Assembly: GCA_001642005.1 (NCBI GenBank)
Contig: LWCA01000163.1
Span: forward strand, 1-45,471
Direction: 5' to 3'
Length of the DNA stretch: 45,471 nucleotides
DNA from: Intoshia linei
Taxonomy: Eukaryota > Animalia > Orthonectida
The number at the start of each line of letters is the position of its first letter. The stretch's first letter is position 1. Positions 14,601 through 26,745 of this stretch are shown here, piece by piece. The notes beneath the pieces are model-generated. The model had not been told where the DNA came from and made no database searches. It was given only the letters and a program-made list of their open reading frames with translations. Made by a program: the position numbers and the translations under genes.

Positions 14601-17600
14601 GATGGAAGAGCCCAACTTACTAAGCTCGAGGTTAAAAAGCAAAAAATAGATCCTAACAATATTTTCGGATATGATACGTTTCTTATATAGCCCTAGTCAC
14701 ACTTCCAAGGTCTTAACTTGATATTTTAATCATAACGTATTTAACATATTTCAACATATTTAAGACTATAATTTGATAAATTTTTATTTTGGAAAAATTT
14801 CGTTTTTTTTCACCTAATTATAAAATATTTTGAAGATCCCTTAAAACTTTTAGTCCAAAAATTATCTTTAAAATATTTAAAAAATGTTCCCTTAAAAACA
14901 CTACCAAATTTTGGTACCAAAATAATCTTCAAAATCTTAAAATTGTGTAAAAAAAATCGTGTAAAAAGTGTAAAAAAAAGTGTAAAATAATTTTTTAGTC
15001 AAAACTCAAAAAATTAAAATAGATTTTCTAGCACCCCATTTAAGAAACTTTGCCTTAAAGGAACTCTAAAAATTTGGACAAAAAATCAATATGATTAATT
15101 AGCAAAATCTATGATCATGTCAATATGTTAATATGTATCGCTCAACTGAATGTTCGCCCAAAAATAATGATAACTAAATAAATTAATTCAAATTCTTAAA
15201 AATGTTTTAAACGTGAATGATTTTTAAAAGTCTCTAACTCTATCACTTTAACAAACCCACCAACAACTAATTAATAAAAAGGAAAATTTACAGACTGTAT
15301 GATATTATCAAGCATATTTGTAATTGGAGTTAAATTTTTATTTGCCTCAACAATACGATCGATACATTCATATGCCATAATATCTGTTGCATTTAATTTT
15401 TGAGATTTTGGTTTAACGTTAATCATCATTTTTTCAATTTCCTAAAAATTTATAAAATACATGATTGAATTTCAAAAAAGATTAAAAAATTAGAAACCTT
15501 TCTAATTAATATAATGTTGTTATAAATTTTTTGTAAATCATCAGCTTCAAAATTATCAATTTGACTTAATGTAGCATATTGTTTCATTAAATCTTCAATT
15601 TTCTAAAAATATGTAAATATAAATTGAAATATAAAATTCTAACTCATTATGATGAAAAACCATCTCCCAGAGACAAAATACACTAATAAAAACGAATTTC
15701 ATGGACTGAAAACGCACTTGATTGAATATAGTTTAACTTCTATATTTTTTAAATTGAAATTAAAAAATTACAATTTTATGCTGATTGTACACTTTAGAAT
15801 CAGTAACATACTTGTCCATATCTTGATTAAAACATCTCCTAATATTCGAAAACAAAACTTCAACCTCTGGAATAGATTTCATGGAATGTATTCCATCAAG
15901 AGTAACATTGCATTCGTGCAAAGAAAAAAGAGAATTTGAAATTTTTTTTAAAATAAGTTCAACCTGACTAATGGGTTTCTCTTCAACGATAGCAACATTC
16001 AATTCCGCCATTAAATCATTTAAATCTTCATTCCTAGATTTATCAATATCAGTCAACATCATGAGAGACATGGCACCAAGTAATTTAGAAGATTTTTTAT
16101 AGATATCATATGATCTATTATTGTATATATAATCTTCAATTCCATCAATATCAATATTATCAGCATCCAAAATATTATTAAATTGTTCAATACAATCATA
16201 ACATTTTTGAAAAAATTCATTAGCGTCTTTATCAGATTTGAGTATACCGCTATCTTGAGCAATTTTACGCAATGATTCCAATTCTATAAGTGACTTATTA
16301 ATAATACTTTTAAATTTGTCTGCCAGTTGTTGATTATTTGGAGACATGACGAAAAGTAATCCTACTCGATCAGCTTCCGTGATTTTTTGGTTAAGTGAGT
16401 CACACATTTGTAAAAATTCCATTTTTGCTTCCTGTTGTTTGGGTGTAAAGTAGATTTCCAAATTTTTTAATGTCAATACATTTTCAATTAAATCTTTTGA
16501 ATTATTTTTTATGTTTTTAGACAAGTAATTTCTTCCGGTGAACCCATTTTGGATATTATTGCAATCAATTTCATCCAACATTTTGTGCGTGTATCGCGCA
16601 ACATTGTCTATAAATTTATTCTTATCCTTTTGGTCTGTAGACTTTAATAAAAGACCTAAATTTTCAATTAAATCTCGAGACATGTCAAACAGTCCATTTT
16701 TTCTACGAATTTTTGAAGGGTAGTTATATTCAGTGTTTTCTAATTCTATACTATTTGGGTAGTTTTTTGGCATTTTCGATGTCAATCTATTTAATTCTTC
16801 TACATCAGCATTTCTAAACAATTAAAACATTCAATTAAAAGTACATACAGTATTCTCCGTTTAATTATGATTAGTCAATGTTGGGACTTTAGATAAATTT
16901 CAAACTGAATATAATATACAATACTACCAACTTTATCCATAAATAAAATACACTTTTCAGAAATTAATCAAAAATTAATAAATGTAGATTGGTGAAGTGT
17001 GGAATTGGCGAATTAGAGATAATACGGTAGTTATATTTTCCATTTGAAATATAGCATTAATACAATCAGACTCGTTTCTCTTTTTATAGGTTTCTTTAAG
17101 AGAAAATTTTTTCACCCAATTTTAAAAGATTTTGAAGATAATTTTTTGATTCAAATTTTGATAGGGTTTTTAAGGTAAGTTTTTTTTTACCCATCTTTAA
17201 AATATTTTGAAGATAATGTTAGGTCGAAAATTTTGTAGGGTTTTTAAGGAAATAATTTTAAAATTTTAATTGTCTTCAAAATTTTTAAAATTGGTGGAAA
17301 AAAATATAAATTGTGGGTGTAACGATTTTTATGGTTACTATTATATAAATTTATTATAATAAGATAAAATGAATTTTATTATTTATACATTTCTTTAGAT
17401 GTTCATTAAATCAGGGGTTTTCAACGTGGGCCACAGAGAATTTTTGGTAGTCCACAGAAAATTTTCCACATTAAAAAAAATTTGGTGTATTAAGCCATAA
17501 AATTGCTAACCAAAACAAAATCTATAAATGCATAATGAATCTGAAATATAAATTTGGAATTATGATTTACAGATGTTCAAAACTTTGAACTAGATGATGA

Positions 17601-20600
17601 AACCAGTCCTGAACTAACTGAAAAAGTCTTGGACTTAAAAGTAGATTTGAAATTAGTAAGACGAATAGAAAAGAAAGATGTATTTGGATTTATGAGAATT
17701 CAAGAATCAAATCCAATTGCGTTTGATTATGTTCAACCAAGCATTATTGCTTTTCCTACAACATAGCTTGTAGAAGCTGGATTTTTAGCAGTGGTCAATA
17801 TTTTTAGCAAGAAGAGGTCAAAATGATGTGAACAACCAAGTAATAATGCGATTAAGATTGAATAAAGTAATAGAAGATGATCACGATTCATTGTGTAACA
17901 AACACCAATGCCAAGGCTGTCACTAACTAGTATAAATTAAAATTTACTTGTTGATTATTATTTTTTAACACTTTTCTTGATACTTTAAAATTTAAACAAA
18001 TAAAGCATTTTACTGTAAATAAAAGTAGATATTTTAAGGTTTTTTTAAGGTAGGCCATGGAATTTTAGTCAATAATGTTTTGGGCCATGGTCTGAAAAAG
18101 GTTGAGAAGTGCTGGATTAAATCACAAAAATGTTTAATAATAAATTTGTTAAAAATGTGATATTAAGGGGTTATTATTGACAAGTCTGACTATATATAAT
18201 AAAAAAAATTAAATAATTACAAATCGGTCAAGGAAATCATTTCGTCACATTTTTCTTCGCTTTGAAACATTACTAAATTTGCTACCGTTCCAATTATACC
18301 TAAAATATCACATAAATATAAACATATAAAGATAATTTGTATTTTCAAAAATTAAAACAAAAATTATCTAGGGACCGATACCATTTCTACTACTATTCTG
18401 GCATGAATTAAAAAAATTCTGATGAAAAATTCGGGTATAAATTTTCATTTTTCAAGTTTAATTTTGATAACTGATTAATAAAAAATAACCTCCTAAAACA
18501 GTACGAATCTGAGTTAGCGCATATGGAATTTCTGCGGTTTCAAAAAATTGAATATACTGATTAACATTATTGTTTATATTTTCAACATATTTCTGAAAGT
18601 TTGTAATATTATCCGATGTAATGGATGCAATTTTTCCTTGATAAACATTATTCAAATCATATTCGATATTTTGAGACTAAATCAAAAATATACCATGACA
18701 CGATATATATTTTCCTTCTAATTTCGAATTTAAAAGTTAAATTACATCAGGATTGCCTGAACTATCATATTTTCGTTCCTTGAAAATAACGGGATTATCA
18801 GAGATTGAGACAGCATGGCTCTGTGAAACAACAATTTTCGGTAATGTAGGTTTAGGTAATTGTTTTACCATCACACCGTGATTTGATTTTCCTTGAGAAA
18901 CGTTTGCCGTTTTTATACTTTTACCTACAACTGGTCTAATGACAATTTTTTGTTTCTATTGGTTATAAAATTAATTCACTTTTTAATAATATACTAATTA
19001 TAATTATTACGTTAATAAATTTCAGCATTTATAATTATATCTACACAATAAAACACTTAAAAAATTCATCTACTATTTAATGAATTCATTAAAGTGTAAT
19101 ATTAATGTATAAATAGTACATTTATTACTACATACATGTATGACAGGGTCAGTAACCTTTTGCATCTCGTGGGCCACTTTTTAATATCAAAACATTCCGC
19201 GGGCCCTGTTTTTGAAAATGTATACTTAATACATTTCAATTTTATTTAAAGAGAAACTTCTAGTATATTCAACAAAATAAAATCCAGGGCGATTGGAAAA
19301 TTCTGTATTAAAATGATTATAATGAGCCAATTTTAATAGAAAATGTTTAAAACAATGTATAAAAGTTGAAAAATTTAAAAATAAATAATTTACATATTGA
19401 CTCAAAGAGTCACCAAAATTATTCTGTGTGCCACTTTTGACTCTCGGGCGACTGGTTTCCGACCCCCGATCTATGGTATTTAATTGAATTAATTAAATTA
19501 CTCTGAGAAATATCACTTAACCCTGAGCCCTGAGTTGAATTAGAAAACCCGAATTCTCAGGGGGAAAATAACGCAGTTAGCAACCCTGGATAGATTAAAC
19601 ATAATTTTTTTAATTTTTAAATAGGACCTACAATTTTCATCTGAACCTGGCCCACTGTTGCATCTCCACGGCCTGACGACACGTACATATAAAAGCTAAA
19701 ATACCTTTTTAAGATATAAGTCAATATATCCACTTATTAATGACTTTATTTTGAGACATTCAGCAGATTTTACTGTATAAATTGGCTCATGTTCTCCAAG
19801 ATCCATTGTAAATGAATCTGACGATGATCCATAATTTCTAATATTAGATAAATGCCAATTTCGAATGACCTATTAAAGTGAGCATAAATATTAATAATTA
19901 TAATTATTAACAATACATATTGTATATGTAAATTAGAGTCTTTCACGATATGGAAATAGTATGGAAGATTTTTTGAGTTAGCACCCACTCACATACGGAC
20001 AATTATTTTAAATACATTATCTGGATAACTTAATTTACAATAACTTAATAAAATGTGCTTAAATTTAATAGTTAATGAAATATTTTCAAAGTTTTCATTA
20101 AATTGTGTATTTTAATTAAATTATTTTAACCAACAAGAAGAACTAATGGAATAATCGCAAAATATTGATAATAATCAACAATTAAGATGTATCAATTAGG
20201 ATTTTCTATCAACACGCACATTTTTTCATTCCTAAAGTTTTAATAAATTCAATAAATTCGTAAAGTTTCCGATAGCACAAAAAATTCCGTTAAGCCCACC
20301 AGTAGGAGTAGGCCTTGGACAGGAAACAATTTACTAATGCAAATATCATTAACACAAAAAGTTATAGCTAATAACAGTTAACACTATAAGTGCCGTGAAA
20401 TTCATATTTGTACCTAATACATAGTGTGTATTACACTCAGTATAAACAAATGATTTACTGTGTTACATGTACAATGTACATTAAGTTAATTAATTTACAT
20501 TTAATTTACGTAGTATTATTCATAATACTTATTATAATATTATTATAAATGTTCATGTACTTTACATGTAGATAAAAATAGAGGGCATAGCATATAAAGT

Positions 20601-23600
20601 GCATGATATACATATTTGCGTTTCTAATTATGCTTTAGGTCGCATTGAAACCACTATTTTAGTACTTTTTGATAAAAGTTATTAATAATGTAAAAAAAGT
20701 AGAAATGATTAAAAAAAAATATTGGAATCACGTCGATTAAGGTCACTGAGATTAAAAGATGATGATGTACAATGTACAATGTACATCACAAACTTTTTGA
20801 ATTTTTTAATTGTAATTATAATTAAATTTAATATATGATTATATATATATGTTATTTAATATTATATATAATATCAAATTTAAATTTAATCATATATAAG
20901 ATTTGTTTTAGAATTATTTATAAATTAAAACTTCTTTAGTAGTTGGTTTCAAAATTAAAACATCAGATTTTGAAATACCAAATTGGACCATTTGAGTAGT
21001 TTTCCTGTTTGTAATTTCCTAAAATTTTACATAAAAATAATTTCCTAATTATAATTATAGTTTAATAATAATCGAAACCTGAACAAGAAAGAAAGTAAAA
21101 CCATAAGTTTTAAGAGTTTGACAATATTTAATATATTGAATTTTAGCATCCACGCATTCTAAAGAAGAATTATTTCCATGCACCTAAAAAATTCAAACTT
21201 AATAAACAATAAAACCTAAAAACCTTTAAAATTTGCTTATAAACACTTTTTTCTTTTCTATACTCTTCTGGCAATATCATGTTAATTCTATACTCACAAT
21301 AATTAAAATATTTTAAAATTATAAAATTTTTTCCAATTTTATAAATTATTAATTAAAATTACAAATCATATCTCTGTTTTTTATTTTGCAATAGCGCTTC
21401 ATCTTGAACATCTGCAATAATTTGTAATGCTGCCAAATAAATTGCATCCTTGAAAATGATCAACATTCTAGATTTAACTATATCATCCTTTATTTCATTG
21501 TAAATTATTTCATTTTCTTCAAGGTTATTGTCATTTTTTTTTAAATCATTATAAAAATATCTACGTCTAAGCATTAAAACATCTCCAGCTTCAATGTTGA
21601 TGCTACTTAAAGATTTTGACATTTCAATCCATGCGACTAAATTCAGTGTTGTATAGTTTTTATTTTAATGTACCTGAATCATCTGTTTTTAATTGTTTTT
21701 GTAGTGCTTCCAATGCTTTTTCTTCTTTTTGCTGATATTTTAACATTTTTTTGTTCATTGTTTTCATTAAACCACCATCATATTTCACTTTTTTTGTTTC
21801 GTATTCCTTAATAATTCCATATTCTTCATAATTAGATATTCCTATATTATTAATACAGGTTAATAGTAGTTATACAGATTTCTAAACAAAAATAATTTGT
21901 CCAAGATTTTTAGACACTGGACGGTAAAAACATTTTTATCCATTACGGTCCTTTGGACTCGTAATATAATTAAAATAATATTCCAATAAATATCAATAGA
22001 AATCTTAAACGAAGATGCAGTGCCGAACACACCGTACCGAGACCCCTCTAGAGCCTCGACGAAATTTGTGAAAACTAGAGGCTACATTTTTCCAAATCGA
22101 ACATTAAAAAAATTATATTCTTGAATATCATATCTATTTTGTGTGTTAAATTTAAAATGTCAAGTCAAGATCATTAAAAATGTTGTTAGGACTGTATGTT
22201 GTAAAAAATTTGTAAATAGTAAATTGCTTTTTTGAATATGAAGGCTTAACTTTGTGACATTAAAACATTATTAATAAAGATAACTTTATTTTATTTATTA
22301 TCAAATTTGAGTTGGTGCTATGGTGGTAACTTATTTGATGGATTTACCATGTTTTGTGGACCATTTTTTTTTAAATTCAGTTCTAGCTCATTTATTTTGG
22401 GTTTTAATGATGTTTGAATTCTTAATAATTAACCCCACAAACAATAGATATATTTAATTATAAACTTCAAATTAATTTTTTTTTATAATCCAATTTCAAA
22501 ATGGGTTTTTCTACAAAAAAAAGTTGACACACACAGTATGGAAGTTTATTTTTTTCAAAAAATTCTGTGACTATATTTAATTTGTAAATAAAGGGTATAT
22601 TGGTGTTTTGACCTAAAGATATACCTTTCTGAAATTGAAATGTATGCTAATGTTCATGATTTTAAAATCTGTATCAGTATGGATATTTTTTTAAATTCTA
22701 GGACTTTGATTTAAATAAAAAGCATAATTGGGCTTTTTGGCGGTAAGAGGTAAATGTCTAAGAGTGAAATTTATCTTAGTTTCTACCCGGAAATATGTGA
22801 TTTGAAATTTGTGTTTATTAAAATTCTAGAATTCTTATTTATTGAAATAAACGATAACACACACAAAAAAAAAGTTTTATATAAATTGGGATAGATGTAA
22901 ACGATTTTAATAAACTGTATACCAAATATACTGCCAATATGATCAATTTGCTCGGTCATTGATAAACTACTATCCAATGTTATTCTTTTGTGAATATTAG
23001 ATGCCACAGACATTGTAACTTCAATTATTTTGGATATATAATACAAAATACACTAAATCATAATTTATACATTTAATTGTAATATTATTTCATTTCATTA
23101 TGCAAACATTGATACATGTATTAAAATTTTTATGTATCTTTTCCAGCCACTTTGTTTTTGAATTTCAATTTTAATGGAAATTATTTTTTTATGATCCTTA
23201 TAAAAGATTAAACATTTTTTGACAAGTCTTAGTCTCAGACTAAACTTATTAGTTTTATACCAAGAAACAGGGACCGTGGAGAGCCAACAGTGGACCTTCT
23301 GAAGTAAAAAATGCGACCTTTCATATGAAAAATTTATCTAACGTTTTTATCAATTTAAAATAGAAGGCTCGATATGATTATGCCCTTCATATGACCCCTA
23401 GTCCCTATTCACAGTCTGAATGAAACACTAGATATATATTATATGACTTTTAACCACCAATGCAATAAACTACTAAAAGATCTACTTAGTGAATCCCTGA
23501 ATAAAATTGTATAATTGTAAAAAAGTACGTCATCCTCAATGTTGTAATGTAAAATGGTTTTTTGAGGAGATAGCCAAATTTTACTAGACATGTCAAAGTC

Positions 23601-23913
23601 ATTAATCATGAGTAATCCAAAATTTTCCACTAAAATTTAATATATGGCGAAAAAGTAGAAAAAATTACACAAATCTTTATTTATATTGATTCTATCATTC
23701 AAAGCAGTGACAACATCACATATCTAAACATTTGATAAAATTTAGACACTGAGCATTTAAAAATCATTGATAAATTATTAACATTGATTAAGATTGGCTT
23801 ATATAATTTATAATTTATTTTTAAAATAATACTAGGGTGTTTTTCTCCAAATTGAGTCGAATTTTTTGAGACGAAATTGGAGTTAAATCAAAATTAACTG
23901 TTATTATTGACAT
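2087..23913 (-). CDS. TLN: Talin (FERM head F0-F3, helical rod, C-terminal I/LWEQ actin-binding domain and dimerisation helix); 30 exons, about 3046 aa
   Basis: Exons in transcript order: 23913-23833, 23723-23669, 23629-23529, 23052-22923, 21841-21674, 21636-21363, 21287-21224, 21183-21079, 21018-20932, 19869-19705, 18955-18746, 18676-18490, 18299-18221, 16813-15793, 15602-15498, 15441-15292, 14526-14252, 13478-12716, 12610-12341, 12303-12193, 10789-10591, 10541-8023, 6049-5774, 5651-5473, 4360-3922, 3515-3312, 3274-3097, 3058-2982, 2947-2876, 2683-2087. All introns are GT-AG and in phase; total 9141 nt. Talin motifs: ENFGL...KIWL (F0), GISNYEEY and LRRRYFY (F1), LKTYGFTFFLV (F2/F3), FTMDLG...LISGYIDLYLKK (F3), DIETSTMFAEAG (R11), QWSQGLISAA and IIDAQSEMLRKERELDDARAKLSNLRRQLY (I/LWEQ and dimer helix). 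Confidence 0.95.
6340..6811. mobile_element. Non-autonomous hAT (Tip100-like) element
   Basis: Termini CAGAGCCGTTTTAAG and CTTAAGACGGTTCTG; TSD TAAGTAAG/TAAGTAAA. Confidence 0.85.
6838..7900 (-). repeat. Abundant modular interspersed repeat (Helitron/Helentron-like non-autonomous family), longest copy
   Basis: Shared core TTCCCGGTGAAAAATAATTTTTAATATATTA, internal tandem modules and a terminal TAAACGGTAACACACACAGACATTC segment. Other copies at about 4690-4960, 10805-12130, 13575-14020, 22560-22885, 25996-26745, 28860-29465 and 36480-36690. Superfamily assignment is inferred from the 3'-end style only. Confidence 0.75.
8023..10541 (-). CDS. TLN: Talin 2.5-kb central rod exon (roughly R5-R10)
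   Basis: 839-codon open frame with amphipathic helices and talin-like junctions (KTLDNVISNMN...LTYQSSVENV; IPGLNDVDN...ICQERV). The annotated ORF start at 10593 reads through a 49-nt intron (10590-10542). Confidence 0.9.
10805..12130 (-). repeat. Copy of the modular interspersed repeat, interrupted by the 11280-11938 element
   Basis: 10900-11279 aligns with 7170-7554 and 11939-12090 continues with 7552-7690. Confidence 0.85.
11280..11938. mobile_element. Non-autonomous CMC/Chapaev3-like element (CACTG...CAGTG termini, TTA TSD) nested in a repeat in a talin intron
   Basis: TTA at 11277-11279 and 11939-11941. Termini CACTGCCCAAC and TTATGCAGTG, with long imperfect inverted arms (11340-11440 vs 11760-11865). 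The empty site AATATATTATCAACC is present in the paralogous repeat at about 7546-7560. Confidence 0.8.
17412..18114 (+). mobile_element. hAT (Buster/Charlie) deletion derivative carrying the transposase C-terminus
   Basis: Termini CAGGGGTTTTCAAC and GTTGAGAAGTGCTG; TSD CATTAAAT/GATTAAAT. Internal IIAFPTT*LVEAGFLAVVNIFSKKRSK...HQCQGCH is the hAT dimerisation domain. Confidence 0.9.
19144..19468. mobile_element. hAT-type MITE; its right end is shared with 1285-1384
   Basis: CAGGGTCAGTAACC...GGTTTCCGACCCCCG with degenerate TSD ATGTATGA/ATCTATGG. 19370-19468 aligns with 1285-1384 (AAATTTAAAAATAAATAATTTACATATT.ACTCAAAG). Confidence 0.7.
19705..23913 (-). CDS. TLN: Talin FERM head exons 1-10 (F0-F3)
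   Basis: MSIITVNFDLTPISSQKIRLNLEKNTL/ICDVVTALNDRI... through VIRNWHLSNIRNYGSSSDSFTMDLG...ISGYIDLYLKK is colinear with the talin head. Confidence 0.92.
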
Positions 23914-24599
23914 TTTTTGATTCTTTCCTTTAAATTATATTATACATTTTACTTTTGTAGTGTAAACATCTTAGTAAATAGTCATCTTAAAATTACTATG
24001 GTTTAGATTTGTATCAATAAAAAATTAAGTCTCTGTTTGCTTATTATTTTTAAAGGCTGTTACAATTTCCAAATTAGTAAAGCGTTGAGATTTGAAATTT
24101 AACAACATTCTGGGCTAAAGCTTGTCAAAATTTTTAGCACAAAACATTTATCTTATCACATTAATGTTGTCGGATTATTTTGATTGTTTCATTGACTACT
24201 TAAAATTTTATGAATGAACTATAAAGTAGTATAACTTGAATTATTATAGCATTACAATTTTCAATGCAATTTACCATTCAGCTTAGTTGAGTCAACTAAC
24301 ATTTACATAGTATTACTACTACACAGGATATAATGATTTAATATGGTACGAAATGATACATATCACACAATATAATATGAATTACATACATTCATTGTTA
24401 TAGTTAATTTATGACTTTTAATTTGTAAATATATTAACGGTTTGATAATTATAGGTTAATTCGTTGTTTATTAATTCATGTTGTGTGATTATTACTTTTT
24501 TAATTAAAATTTAGATGAAATTAGGGATTAGAAACTTTTTGAAAATGAGAAACTACATAGCAATGATAAAAAACCGAAGGAATCAATTTATTAGATTGA

Positions 24600-24719
24600 A
24601 ACTAAATTAAATCTGTTAGTTGTAACATAATTTTTTGAGTAAAGATTTTTTTTTTGCGGCCCGCGTAATATTTTTTTTTCAAATTTAGCCCGCCAAGCAA
24701 ATTGAGTATGACACCCCTG
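24600..24719 (-). repeat. hAT MITE end, inverted copy of 36794-36910
   Basis: The reverse complement CAGGGGTGTCATACTCAATTTGCTTGGCGGGC...CTTTACTCAAAAAATTATGTTACAACTAACAGATTTAATT matches 36794-36910. Confidence 0.8.
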
Positions 24720-24789
24720 TATTATAGTTATACATATATACTTTATCCCCGTTTTACAATATTTTTTTAAAAATCCCATTTTACCATAC

Positions 24790-25866
24790 CTGATGAGAAC
24801 AATTAATTTAATCCAACCCTAAAATAAAAAATCCCCTATTTTTCAATATTTTTTTGAAAAATTCGATTTTACCAAACATTATGAGAAATTTCATCTTTAT
24901 GATAAACTCTATTTGATGTATATCACTGAAGAATTTTATAGGTATTTGCCAGGATTTAATTAGTACGAAGTTCGTACTAACTCGTGTTGTTTTCAATACG
25001 TACTATCCATACTTATCGTCATATTCGAAGCCAATAAATTTTAGATTGTTTACTTAAATAATTAACTATCGCACAGGCTTTTGTGATATTCAAATTTGTC
25101 AATACTATCTATAGAAGTGGTTCCCCAAAAAAAATATATTGTCGACACCTCTAACTAGTGGTTTTTAATGAGCTTTGGCAAGTTGATCTATTAAGTCCTT
25201 TACCTAAAACGACAAATTTAAACAAATATATTCGCATAAAGTGCGATCACTATTCTGGATGGTGTAAGGCAGAACCCTTGAATGACATTTCAGCTGTCAA
25301 CATTGCTGATGCATTAGTCAAAAACATAATAAGTTGGTATGGACCCCCACTAGAAATACACTTTGACTGCGCTCAACAATTCGAAGGATCAATTGTATTT
25401 AAATTATGTGAAATGTATGATATAACTAAATCTCATTCAAAACCATATGTTAATCGTCAAAATGGAGTTGCTGAAAGACGTATTAGAACTATTAGAGAAC
25501 ATTTTAGAACATTAAATGATACCCAAAATTGGGATAACATTTTATTTTACATTGTAATGCGTTTTCGTTCAACTATATTAACTACGACTGGTACGACACC
25601 ATGTCAGGTAGTTTTAGGTTATGATATGTATAAAACGTCAAATCAATGTCGTGTATCCATTAATGAAATAATCAAATCAAAAAAAAATTGAACATAACTA
25701 GAATAAAACGAAATGATGCTCATTTTGAAAAATATTCTTTTTACCATTACTCTAATTTTGTTCCAAATTTACCAATAAAAGACAAACAACAACCTCTGTC
25801 AAAACCTGTCCGGCATTCAAAACCTCCTTCGCATTTTAAGGATTACCAATTATTTTATGGTGATGG
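24790..25866 (+). mobile_element. Ty3/Gypsy LTR retrotransposon pol remnant (integrase)
   Basis: ORF 25158-25691 has the rve core LWQVDLLSPL / IHFDCAQQFEG / QNGVAERRIRTI, with the D,D,E triad present. A frameshifted C-terminal RHSKPPSHFKDY is typical of gypsy integrase tails. Upstream 24790-25150 is stop-interrupted with traces of the HHCC zinc finger. Confidence 0.85.
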
Positions 25867-25995
25867 TGTAATAAATAAAGTTATATTCATAATATATACT
25901 CATTATCACTCAAAATAAATTGTATGTTTGTGAACTTAAAATAATTTTAATTTAAATATTAAATCTACATCATATTCAATATCTAAATCATTACA
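25867..25995 (+). repeat. Putative 3' LTR (129 bp) of the Gypsy remnant
   Basis: Begins TGTAAT and ends ATTACA (6-bp inverted termini, TG...CA). It follows a G-rich GGTGATGG tract straight after the integrase tail and contains AATAAA. No partner 5' LTR was found. Confidence 0.65.
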
Positions 25996-26745
25996 ATAAT
26001 ATGTCAAAAGTTATTTTTCACCGGGAATGCGCAGATTTCTGGGTTGAAATTTTGTATATATATCAACTGGAATAAACTGTATCAGACTAATCTTTTTTGT
26101 GATTGTAGGACTGTTAATTATTTCAAATATTTTGTTTTACTTATTTTATTAATAAAATAGTTTCCAAATAAAAAGAGAATGAATATTAAAATTCTTTTTT
26201 GACCGTGAATGCGTCACTTTGTGAGATTAAAATTTTTTGTGGATGTTAATTGGAAATAACCGTATGATCTGCAATTTGTTTTAAAATTCTAAAACTATTT
26301 TTATTTTTTAAAAAAATGGTAATCTGAGGTTTTCAACGTGAAAATACAATTTTTTGGATTTGAAATTTAAAAATGGTAATATTTATGATTTTAAACACTA
26401 TCCCACAATGTATGTTTTATAAAATTCTAGGACTTTTTTAATTTTTTAAAAAAAGGATAATTTGTAGTTTTGACCATGAAGATGTAAAACTTTAAAATAG
26501 AAATTGACTATTATGTTGATGATTTTAAAATCTTTATCAGATTGTATATTTTTTATAATTCTAGAATTCGTTTGATTTTTAAAAAAAAGGATAATTGGGA
26601 TGTTTGACCATGTCTGACTTTATTTCTCAAAATTAAATTTTTGATAAAAATATTATCCTCGAAAAACTAATATAAATATGGAATTTTTAAATTCTAAATC
26701 TTTGGAACAAATAAATAAAAAAACATTCATTTTTAACTAACACAA
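25996..26745 (+). repeat. Copy of the modular interspersed repeat with about 125-bp tandem modules
   Basis: TTATTTTTCACCGGGAATGCGCAGATTTC core, then repeated ATGATTTTAAAA...AAATTCTAG...AAAAAAAGGATAATT...TTTGACCATG modules (about 26385-26485 and 26518-26612). Confidence 0.85.

Noticed and set aside
16849-16903. Candidate small talin exon with a strong GTATGT donor
   Set aside because: It has an in-frame stop in the required phase, and 18221 joins 16813 in phase without it.
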